A DNA stretch of 28,072 nucleotides from a virus (Duplodnaviria > Caudoviricetes): the IMG/VR virus record IMGVR_UViG_3300042323_000377, positions 1 to 28,072 of that record, one strand, 5' to 3'. Positions 1 to 6,967 of the stretch are shown here, one piece after another (the stretch's first letter is position 1; each line of letters opens with the position of its first letter). A program made the translations under genes and the position numbers. Below the pieces are notes generated by a model, which saw nothing but the letters and a program-made list of their open reading frames with translations, was not told the origin of the DNA and ran no database searches.

Positions 1-281
1 TGCTTGCCCTCGATGAGGACACCGATGACACGGGGGTTCTTGTACTTGCAGTAGACTGTGCCACGCTTGACTTCTGGGGAGGCAACTGCCTCTTCTGGCT
101 TGATACCTAGGTTCTCACGAAGGAGGGCGATGCCTATGTCGCTCCACTCGATTTCCCAGAGATGGCTAGGCTTGCGGGACTCGATACGCTTCCAATGCAG
201 ACCCTCCTCGTAGGAGGTGCGGAGTTCCTTGAGCAAGTCTCTGGAGAGACCTAGGGCTAGGGAGAGAGCCTTTTCTTTCAT
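1..281 (-). CDS. Phage hypothetical protein, truncated by window edge (MKEKALSLALGLSRDLLKELR...)
   Basis: ATG at 281, frame open to the window start (93 codons, manual translation); not in the ORF track because it has no stop in the window. Confidence 0.75.
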   Translation of the reverse strand, partial: MKEKALSLALGLSRDLLKELRTSYEEGLHWKRIESRKPSHLWEIEWSDIGIALLRENLGIKPEEAVASPEVKRGTVYCKYKNPRVIGVLIEGK

Positions 282-333
282 ATGTCGATTTCTGGACGAA
301 TTATAGATATATGTCAAGCGATATGTCGAAAGG

Positions 334-406
334 TGGGGGCGGCTGGATTTGAACCAGCGTTTCTTCCGTTATGAGCAGAGTGTTCTTACCTTTGAACTAC
401 ACCCCC
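334..406 (-). tRNA. tRNA with CAT anticodon (elongator Met or Ile2)
   Basis: Acceptor GGGGGTG/CGCCCCC, anticodon loop CTCATAA, T-loop GGTTCAAATCC; G1-C72 pair argues against initiator; ends ACCT (no full CCA). Confidence 0.9.
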
Positions 407-411
407 GTAAG

Positions 412-495
412 TGGTGCTGAGGGCGGGACTTGAACCCGCAAGCCGTTGGGCAACTGATTTTAAGTCAGTCGTGTATACCATTCCACCACTTCAGC
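412..495 (-). tRNA. tRNA-Leu(TAA)
   Basis: ACTGA-CTTAAAA-TCAGT anticodon arm, long variable arm, GGTTCAAGTCC, encoded CCA. Confidence 0.95.
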
Positions 496-498
496 AAA

Positions 499-569
499 TA
501 GTCTTGCTAGGACTTGAACCTAGACAGAGAGAACCAAAATCTCCCGTGCTACCATTACACCACAAGACT
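499..569 (-). tRNA. tRNA-Gln(TTG)
   Basis: Acceptor AGTCTTG/CAAGACT, GGAGA-TTTTGGT-TCTCT anticodon arm, GGTTCAAGTCC. Confidence 0.92.
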
Positions 570-574
570 GAGAA

Positions 575-646
575 TCGACCCGCTAGGAATCGAACCTAGA
601 TAACCCGCTTAGAAGGCGGGTGTTCTATCCGTTGAACTACGGGTCG
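575..646 (-). tRNA. tRNA-Arg(TCT)
   Basis: Acceptor CGACCCG/CGGGTCG, CCCGC-CTTCTAA-GCGGG anticodon arm, GGTTCGATTCC. Confidence 0.95.
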
Positions 647-701
647 TAAAACGACCACCCCAGAGAAACCATCGTAGAGAGGGCGGGGTGGTACTAAAGC
701 G

Positions 702-773
702 AGCCTTGAGTCGGACTTGAACCGACAACCCTCAGTTTACAAAACTGATGCACTACCATTGTGCTATCAAGGC
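702..773 (-). tRNA. tRNA-Thr(TGT)
   Basis: Acceptor GCCTTGA/TCAAGGC, TCAGT-TTTGTAA-ACTGA anticodon arm, GGTTCAAGTCC. Confidence 0.95.
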
Positions 774-1148
774 GAAATCAAAGAGCGACTATGTATTCAT
801 TGAGTTTTCTCTGACAGTCAACTCTTTTCTCTACGAACCATAAACCCCTTCCCCCAGAATTGGGGGACTGAGGGGGTGAAGCCACGGGGATTACTAAGGG
901 GTTTACATTTCCTTGTGTCAACACGGAAAGTATCGTCCAGATTCGGCTCGTCCATTACTTCTTCCTTGACGCAAGGTCTTTGCACTCCCCTAATAACCCC
1001 TAGGACGCTACGCACTCAGTCGTGCTTCGCTACAAGTCGAACCTTCGGTTGATGCTTTTTAGTATAAAAAAAGTATCTGTTGGGATGGGTATAAAAGACC
1101 CTAACCTAAAAAAGTAAAAGACCCCCGCCCCCCCGTGGGTGGGGAGTG

Positions 1149-1330
1149 TTTATTATATAATTATAAAGTAAAAAGGCTGAGGTTATATAATAAGATTATA
1201 AAAAGATTATTATAGAATTATAAAAGAGTTATTATATTTGTAGCCTGTGTGCTGTTACCCATCTCTTATATAGTTATTATATAATTATAAACCTAAAAGG
1301 CTCTGATTGTAAAAAGAAGGTAAAAAGCCG
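1149..1330. repeat. AT-rich low-complexity region with TTATTATATAATTATAAA direct repeat
   Basis: Repeat copies at about 1150-1167 and 1274-1291, each followed by ..AAAAGGCT; many TTATA units. Confidence 0.8.
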
Positions 1331-1476
1331 AATTAGGTAGGTAGTGAACAGGTGGTCAGTAGTCGGGGAAGGGGTCTAGGATGCCCTAGGAAGCCTTTTG
1401 ATGGGCTGGGGTAGGCTAGGGTATAGGCAAAGGCTCTATACAGGCTCACAGGGTCACGGAGGCGGGTCTAATCGGC

Positions 1477-1520
1477 AAACAAGAAAGCCCACCGAGGCGG
1501 GTTAGGCACAGGGTGGGCTT
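1477..1520 (-). terminator. Intrinsic terminator ending the leftward operon
   Basis: Stem AAGCCCACC/GGTGGGCTT followed by TCTTGTTT on the - strand. Confidence 0.65.
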
Positions 1521-1549
1521 GGGTGGTCAGAGGACGGACACGGGGGCGG

Positions 1550-1642
1550 TCAGCGGGTAGCGAAGGCTAGGAAGCCGACCAGACACGCAAAGCCCGTGAG
1601 GGCGATGCAGAGCAGAGCGAGGGCTGTCAGTAGTTTGTACAT
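1550..1642 (-). CDS. 30-aa single-TM peptide MYKLLTALALLCIALTGFACLVGFLAFATR
   Basis: ATG 5 nt after the stop of the preceding gene; hydrophobic; lies just before the terminator; below the ORF-track cutoff. Confidence 0.6.
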   Translation of the reverse strand: MYKLLTALALLCIALTGFACLVGFLAFATR

Positions 1643-1647
1643 ACGGA

Positions 1648-1977
1648 TTACAATTGATGCGTGAGGATACCTTCAGCGAGTCGCTGGGGGTAACGCTTGA
1701 GGAGGTTGCTCCCGTAGGAGTCCTCAAACGCTGGGTGCTTGAATTCTGGATTCAGATTCTTGAGCGTCCGCATAATGTCCTTACAGGTTCGCTCTTGGTC
1801 ACGCCAGACTTCGCAGAGCGTCTCGTATTTTTCTGAATCGTTTTTCAGCCTTTCACATTCCCGCCAGAGCGTCTCCTCGCCCTTGAGGGCGAAGTGGAGG
1901 GCGGTCTCCAGCGAGGTTGCGGTCTGGTGCTGTGCTTGCACAGACGAAGGCGAGAACTGAACTAGGATTTGGTGCAT
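1648..1977 (-). CDS. Phage hypothetical protein (MHQILVQF..., 109 aa)
   Basis: ATG at 1977 directly follows the conserved leader repeat. Confidence 0.75.
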   Translation of the reverse strand: MHQILVQFSPSSVQAQHQTATSLETALHFALKGEETLWRECERLKNDSEKYETLCEVWRDQERTCKDIMRTLKNLNPEFKHPAFEDSYGSNLLKRYPQRLAEGILTHQL

Positions 1978-1990
1978 AGGATTTTTGTAG

Positions 1991-2212
1991 TTAGGATTTG
2001 GTTTTGTATACGGCTCGATTGACAATGAACCATTGTGGGTCGAGTTGGTACGCCATCTCTTCAGCCCACATATCACGGGCGAGTTGGTCACGCCACCAAG
2101 CCTCCTCATTCGTGTCTCCTCGCTTTCCAGCCTCGTCAGCCATATGAAGGCTGTGCTTGGCATTGCGATTGAGACGGGCGAGGAGGAGTCGGTGATATTC
2201 GGATGCGGTCAT
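1991..2212 (-). CDS. Phage hypothetical protein (73 aa)
   Basis: Start and stop both lie inside repeat copies. Confidence 0.8.
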   Translation of the reverse strand: MTASEYHRLLLARLNRNAKHSLHMADEAGKRGDTNEEAWWRDQLARDMWAEEMAYQLDPQWFIVNRAVYKTKS

Positions 2213-2225
2213 AGGATTTTTGTAG

Positions 2226-2516
2226 TTAGGATTTTGATACGGGGAGGTTGGCGATGAGGTAGAGGATTTCTTCCTCCTTTTTCTTGAGACGATGGAGGAG
2301 GTCTACGACCTCAGAGTGCAGTTGCGATTTGGCTTTGTTTCTGGATTCAAGTTCAAGGGCAAGACGCACGACCTCGTTGGCGAGGAAGGAGGCGTGACCC
2401 CACGAAGCGAAACCAGACATAACTGTGTTCATCGTTTCCAGCGTCCCACCTTCGCAGGTGGTTTTTAGAATCTGGATTTGTTCTTCCGACAGGTGGTTGA
2501 GAGACGGGTAGTCCAT
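2226..2516 (-). CDS. Phage hypothetical coiled-coil protein (MDYPSLNH..., 96 aa)
   Basis: ATG at 2516 follows a repeat copy; stop lies in the next copy. Confidence 0.75.
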   Translation of the reverse strand: MDYPSLNHLSEEQIQILKTTCEGGTLETMNTVMSGFASWGHASFLANEVVRLALELESRNKAKSQLHSEVVDLLHRLKKKEEEILYLIANLPVSKS

Positions 2517-2544
2517 TTTTGTAGTTAGGATTTGGTGACGGGGA

Positions 2545-2874
2545 TTACTCGTAGAACTTGCGGTCGGTATCGTGCGAGCCTTTGAGGATTTCGTCTTGGA
2601 TGATGATAGCGTCCTGCTCTGGCGAGGCAGACCTGTAACCACGCTTGCCCTTCTCTGGCAGGGTCAAGCCGAGGTCGAGGGCGGTCTCAGCCAATTCCTT
2701 GCGGGCAACGCTGTCCGCAAGTTCCTGTTCTTCCGCTGTGCCAGCGGGAATCTGAATCGAGATTTGGTGGTCGTAGGTGGTGTACCACCAGCCACCCTCT
2801 TCTGCACCTCCGTAGCACAGTTCGATTTGATACAAGCCCAGAAAGTATGTGGGCAGGATTTCGGTTTCGGTCAT
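2545..2874 (-). CDS. Phage hypothetical protein with YGGAEEGGWWY motif (109 aa)
   Basis: ATG follows a repeat copy; YGGxEEGGWWY is a motif I recall from small phage proteins of unknown function. Confidence 0.8.
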   Translation of the reverse strand: MTETEILPTYFLGLYQIELCYGGAEEGGWWYTTYDHQISIQIPAGTAEEQELADSVARKELAETALDLGLTLPEKGKRGYRSASPEQDAIIIQDEILKGSHDTDRKFYE

Positions 2875-2950
2875 AGGATTTTTGTAGTTAGGATTTGGTG
2901 ACGCTGGGGTCGGGCTGAGTTGTCAGCCCTTCCCCTTTGTCGGATTAGGA

Positions 2951-3814
2951 TTAGTTGTTCTTCTGGAGTTCCTTGACGAAGAGGTCGCTGATGCGACCCT
3001 TGCGAGCGTGGTCAGCCAGAACCATCGTGGCGTTGGTGGACAGGCGGGTAGCGAGTTCCACCTTCCTGCGGACACCATCGACCTCGTGCGTGGTGTGCTG
3101 AGTGATAGCGTTCCAGAGGTTGTAGACATTCCTCTGGCGGTCTTGCTCGTAAGTGGGCTTCTCCCAGATTTCACGAACCTTGTCAGCGACCCTGTCAGCG
3201 AGAACGCTACGCTTCACCAGACCATTCAGCAGTTCGTGACCTTCCTGCTGATTGAGTTTCGTGCGACTGAAGAGGTCGAGCGTGTCGTACTGCGATTGGA
3301 AGTTGCGGACAGCGACATCGACAGCGTTGGAGGCGAACTCGACATCCACGGAAGCCGTGTGCTTCCGCATCAAGTCGATACCGCCATCCATCGACCACGC
3401 TCCGTTACTGCACACGACCCGCAGGAGTCCCACGACAAGGCTGACCTTCATCGAGCCATCGAAGGAATTGCGAATCGAGACACGCATCTGGAAGTCATCC
3501 TTCTGCACCTTGAATCCGTGATTGGCGAAGGTGTAGTTGGCGTACATCCGAGAGCCGTCCTGCGTGACATCGAACTTGCGGGTGAACTTCATCCCCTTCG
3601 TGTCGAAGATGGACTCAGCCTTCTCGATGAGGTCTTGGTTCTGCACGATGGTGTAGGACTCCGTGACAGCCTTGAGGCACACGCCCGTGTCCTTGCGGAC
3701 ATTGCCGTAGAACGGGGTGGGCGTGCCATCGGGGAGGTGGAGACGCTCCTGCGTGACTTGGTAGAACGGGTTGTCCGTCACCTTGGTTTCGTTTTCTTCG
3801 ATTTGGATTTTCAT
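2951..3814 (-). CDS. DUF932/DUF945-like phage protein
   Basis: V..SY..VQN, NSFDGS, RVVCSNG, KHT and C-terminal YNLWNAIT...H motifs. Confidence 0.85.
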   Translation of the reverse strand: MKIQIEENETKVTDNPFYQVTQERLHLPDGTPTPFYGNVRKDTGVCLKAVTESYTIVQNQDLIEKAESIFDTKGMKFTRKFDVTQDGSRMYANYTFANHGFKVQKDDFQMRVSIRNSFDGSMKVSLVVGLLRVVCSNGAWSMDGGIDLMRKHTASVDVEFASNAVDVAVRNFQSQYDTLDLFSRTKLNQQEGHELLNGLVKRSVLADRVADKVREIWEKPTYEQDRQRNVYNLWNAITQHTTHEVDGVRRKVELATRLSTNATMVLADHARKGRISDLFVKELQKNN

Positions 3815-3869
3815 ATCTGTGTTTTGGTTTTGGGTTGGGGGGAATTGTAGTTAGAATTTGGATGCAGGA

Positions 3870-4175
3870 TTAGGCGAAGAGCGTTCCGTGCTTGTCGTGC
3901 GGAGCGTGAATTTCTCCGTCAGACTCCATCGCAACTTGCCACTTGGAATCCCTTTCGAGATACCAGCCTTTGGACTCAGCGTAGTCCTCGACCTTCCAGC
4001 GAGCCTCAGCGAGCAGTTCGTCCGTGTTGAAGTTGTAGTCGCAGGGCGGGTTCTCCCAGAGGTCGAAGAGGTTGCTGTAGTACGCTTGAATCCATTCGGA
4101 GCGTTGACCACGGAAGTCCAGCGAGGCGAACTGCCTCACACGGAATTCCTGTTTCATTTTGTCGGCGGTGTGCAT
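3870..4175 (-). CDS. Phage hypothetical protein (MHTADKMK..., 101 aa), first gene of the leftward operon
   Basis: ATG at 4175 preceded by an A/C-rich leader (ACCAAAAACCA twice). Confidence 0.75.
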   Translation of the reverse strand: MHTADKMKQEFRVRQFASLDFRGQRSEWIQAYYSNLFDLWENPPCDYNFNTDELLAEARWKVEDYAESKGWYLERDSKWQVAMESDGEIHAPHDKHGTLFA

Positions 4176-4223
4176 TGGTTTTTGGTATTTGGTTTTTGGT
4201 ATGGGTTTTGAATCTGTGACTGC

Positions 4224-4292
4224 GGACTCGTCAGCGTAGGCGTAACCTACGGACAAGGGGGTGGGATTTTCACCTACCCCCGTGTTTCGTCC
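4224..4292 (-). ncRNA. Hammerhead ribozyme, type II
   Basis: GGAC-GAAA-CACGGGGGTAGG-TGAAAAT-CCCACCCCCTT-GTC^-CGTAGG-TTACG-CCTACG-CTGACGA-GTCC: complete CUGANGA/GAAA/GUC core and three stems. Confidence 0.93.
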
Positions 4293-4570
4293 TTTGTTGA
4301 TTCACGAATCTAGAATCTCTTACCCGTAGGTTTCTAGGTTTCTGAATGTCTGCCATCGTGCGGGGAATATATCAGCCTAGCACACGCTGGATTGTCGTTT
4401 AGGAATTAATGCCGATGCCCTTCTGGGGCTGGGGCTTCCTACAGTAGAATTTCAATGAACCGAGTTCTGTATCGAATCTTTACGCATCTGGCTGGCGGGC
4501 GAGTTGCCCGCATCTTGTGCGACCATCCCGCAGGGCGGGAGGAGAGAACCGATTGACGAAGAACAGGACT

Positions 4571-4601
4571 CCAAGGTGGGACAGGTGTATTACCGATTCA
4601 A
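4571..4601 (-). promoter_or_regulatory. Putative leftward promoter with GTAATAC operator
   Basis: TTGAAT-cg-GTAATAC-...; -10 non-canonical (CACCTT at 17 nt). Confidence 0.45.
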
Positions 4602-4810
4602 GTTCTATTTTCAGATTTCTGCATTTTATTTCCAGAGCCTTCGCCCTTGGAGTGAACGCACCCGCCCGCATAGCAGAGAGCGTGCCAAGTCTCTTTACAG
4701 GATTGAGGTTTATTTGCTATTTAGACGCAGAATTTGCTTGTCTCACCTTATTGAGAATAGACCCCTTTTTATTGGGGTTTTCGTGTGTTTCTCAGTCTCA
4801 CATTCTTTGG

Positions 4811-5293
4811 GGTGTACAAGCCCTTTACAGGTAGGGGTGAAGGGGTAGATATACCCTTTGCACATACCCCCCTTAGAATCGAAGCCAGACCCCTTAGCGT
4901 TGATTTGACATCTTTTTTACAATTGGCTGGAATGATTCTATCCAGCCCGAATCCTGTTATCATTAGTCATCTACTTATCATTATATCTTTAGTTAGGATT
5001 ACAGGATTAGAGTCCGAATCCTACTTGACAGACCTATGATTAGAGATTCTACACGGGGCATTAGGATTGCTTATAGCAGTCTCTGACCCCCTATTTTGTG
5101 CTTGATTGAACGGATGTTCACTATCGTTTGCAAGTCGTTGATTTACAACGCTTTACAACTTCTTGCACAGTTGCCCTACAAGGCTCTTGCAAGGGTCAGC
5201 CTAGGGGTAGGTATAGGCTCTTGATACCCCCACCTTAGAATCGATTGTAGAGGCTCTTTGCATTTTTACATCTTATTTACAATTGTGTATAGG
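4811..5293 (+). repeat. Two imperfect ~115-bp repeats 360 bp apart (4811-4925, 5171-5285), each ending in a promoter-like element
   Basis: Shared ATACCCC..CCTTAGAATCGA and ACATCTTWTTTACAATTG blocks; TTGACA-17-TGGAAT and TTTACA-17-TATAGG. Confidence 0.7.
5131..5143 (-). promoter_or_regulatory. IHF-consensus site inside an imperfect palindrome
   Basis: AATCAACGACTTG matches WATCAANNNNTTR; context AAGTCGTTG-ATTTA-CAACGCTT. Confidence 0.5.
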
Positions 5294-5641
5294 GTCTTGG
5301 CACGAAGCCTGCTACCTGTTTTCTAATCACGGAATCACAGGTTAGGTTAACGGGATTAGGATTCTAAATCTAGATTCTACTGTGCTTTTATAATTCTATA
5401 ATAAACCACGGCTGGTTATTTATAATTCTATTATAATATTATAAACTGAGGTAAACTTATAAAGACCATTAGCGTTACTACTGCGTAAAGGTTCTTGATA
5501 AAAGCAGTTGAGCCTGTCGTAAAAAGTCTTTCCATCGTATGTGCAGGGTCTAAAAACCCTCACGCTCTTTCTCAGTCTACTTTCCCTAAACCCGCAATCG
5601 TGCGGGAGGGGGATACCAAAAAACAAAAACAAAAAACCGAT

Positions 5642-6067
5642 ATGAAAAAACTGATTATGAAACTGCTGGGTCTGAACACGCTGGTCTCTGACCTCGCTCT
5701 GCTCAAAAAGCAAAACGAGGAACTGAAAACCAAAATCGAAAACCTCGAAAATGTGGTCGAGGAAATTGAGATTCCCGATATGGACGACTACATCGCCTCG
5801 TGCGATTTAGACGACAACATCGAATCGTATCTCAATAATAACGATTACGCTACCATCTCCTATGTGGATGATGAAGTTGAAAACAAGGTTTCCGATGCTG
5901 TCGAGTCCGCTGTCGAAGACCTCGACATTGACGAGAAGGTTCGTGACCTGTTCAACGATGCCAGCCCTGCTCCTATGAGCGAGGAGGACATCAAGAAGGA
6001 GGTCGCTGAAGCCGTCAAGGTGACGCTGGAGAAGATGGTCAAGGCTCTGGCTGACCAGCAGAAGTAA
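5642..6067 (+). CDS. Acidic coiled-coil protein (141 aa)
   Basis: ATG after A/C-rich leader; about 25% Asp+Glu by manual count. Confidence 0.85.
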   Translation: MKKLIMKLLGLNTLVSDLALLKKQNEELKTKIENLENVVEEIEIPDMDDYIASCDLDDNIESYLNNNDYATISYVDDEVENKVSDAVESAVEDLDIDEKVRDLFNDASPAPMSEEDIKKEVAEAVKVTLEKMVKALADQQK

Positions 6068-6070
6068 TCC

Positions 6071-6100
6071 GAGGGGGGAAGTTACTAACCCCTTCTTTTT
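6071..6100 (+). terminator. Intrinsic terminator
   Basis: GAGGGG...CCCTTC hairpin plus T-tract right after the stop. Confidence 0.6.
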
Positions 6101-6102
6101 GT

Positions 6103-6131
6103 TTGACGAATGGTATTACAGTAGATTGATT
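6103..6131 (+). promoter_or_regulatory. Putative promoter with GTATTAC operator
   Basis: TTGACG-aatg-GTATTAC. Confidence 0.5.
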
Positions 6132-6158
6132 CCCTTTCTGTTCTTTCACATCCCGCAT

Positions 6159-6362
6159 ATGAAACTAAAATACATTAACACGGCTGGCGTTAAGAAGTTT
6201 TGCAAACAGGAATATGGTAAGCGTGTAAGCAAGGATTTCCTCGCTCAACTCGATTACTATCTTCAAAACAAACTTCGCTCCGCTTGCTCTGAACATAATG
6301 GTGGCAAGAAGACCTTGGATAACGCCCTCGCTGGCTATGTCCTTGGTCGCTCTGGTCGATAG
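6159..6362 (+). CDS. Histone-fold-like small basic protein (67 aa)
   Basis: YINTAGVKKFCK (a1), KRVSKDF (L1), amphipathic a2, GGKKTL (L2), resembling RVS and GRKT(I/V) of prokaryotic histones. Confidence 0.7.
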   Translation: MKLKYINTAGVKKFCKQEYGKRVSKDFLAQLDYYLQNKLRSACSEHNGGKKTLDNALAGYVLGRSGR

Positions 6363-6388
6363 TTGCAGGGGGTAACTCCCCTTTATGC

Positions 6389-6620
6389 GGGAAAATTTAG
6401 GTTCTGTTTCTTGCGGGTGGATTCATCATTGCCCAATAATAAAAGAAACAGGTAAAAGCCATATGGTTTTCCTAATTCACTTTGCTCACGGCAGTACGGA
6501 TTATAGGCAACGAAGTCCGCTGTTTTCTAACTCATATTTGGTTACAGATGGGTGCTGTCGTGAGCGATTAATTTCAAATGCACCAACCCATAATAAAAAG
6601 GGGAGGCTAAACTCTCCCCC
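6389..6620 (+). ncRNA. Candidate structured intergenic RNA
   Basis: 14-bp stem 6484-6497/6552-6565 with two G-U pairs, 9-bp stem 6404-6412/6443-6451, closing stem 6389-6395/6467-6473, terminal hairpin 6600-6619. Confidence 0.5.
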
Positions 6621-6675
6621 GACTTTCCTTAAAATACTTCTTGTAATACATAAAAAACCCTCCACACTTCTAACT

Positions 6676-6963
6676 ATGGACTCGTACTTCATCCACCACA
6701 CGCCTGTCGCTCGAAAGACGAACAAGGTCATCTCGCTCTCCCAAGTAGATAAGGTCTACATCGGTAAAGGAAACTGTTGCCGATGCGGATGCGAAGGCGA
6801 ATACTACTACGCCGAAGAGAATCCTAAGAAGGTAAAGAACGCCCTCGAAAAGATGTCCAGCGGTATCTACGAAGTGGAATCAATTGACGACAACATTTTT
6901 GAAATTGAAATCAGCAGTAACGCAAAAAGCACCAAGGTCATCTGCATCTACCTCAAATCCTAA
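6676..6963 (+). CDS. Phage hypothetical protein with GKGNCCRCGCEGEY cysteine cluster (95 aa)
   Basis: ATG at 6676 downstream of a TTGTAA/GTAATAC element; the upstream extension in the ORF track overlaps the structured region. Confidence 0.8.
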   Translation: MDSYFIHHTPVARKTNKVISLSQVDKVYIGKGNCCRCGCEGEYYYAEENPKKVKNALEKMSSGIYEVESIDDNIFEIEISSNAKSTKVICIYLKS

Positions 6964-6967
6964 TCCT

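Larger units (their letters stand above)
1975..2903 (-). repeat. Four copies of the intergenic repeat AAATCC-TAA-CTACAAAAATCCT-ATG (1975-2001, 2206-2234, 2514-2540, 2868-2903)
   Basis: Copies 2206-2234 and 2868-2896 are 29/29 identical; each ends in the ATG of the next gene (copy 3 is shortened); degenerate fifth copy at 3845-3861. Confidence 0.95.

Noticed and set aside
411-599. 62-aa + strand ORF
   Set aside because: Antisense shadow of tRNA-Leu/Gln/Arg
647-701. Hairpin after tRNA-Thr as a theta (HDV-like) ribozyme
   Set aside because: ACCACCCC/GGGGTGGT stem is present, but there is no P1 pairing or proper L3 and catalytic junction
1975-2903. Repeats as a CRISPR array or integron attC sites
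   Set aside because: Intervening segments are 200-330 nt whole genes; repeats are not palindromic; no cas or integrase gene in the window
3008-3850. 280-aa + strand ORF (likewise 12855-13493 and the many ORFs opposite the giant gene)
   Set aside because: Antisense shadows of well-supported genes
4176-4256. N-terminal extension of ORF 3870-4256
   Set aside because: Runs through the hammerhead core and the A/C-rich leader; ATG at 4175 fits the leader pattern
4490-4550. CTCCTCCCG...GGGCAAC on the - strand as an HDV-like ribozyme
   Set aside because: Required P1/P2/P3 nested pairings could not be built
4480-5713. Short ORFs in the control region
   Set aside because: No protein-like composition or leader pattern; they overlap repeats and AT-rich tracts
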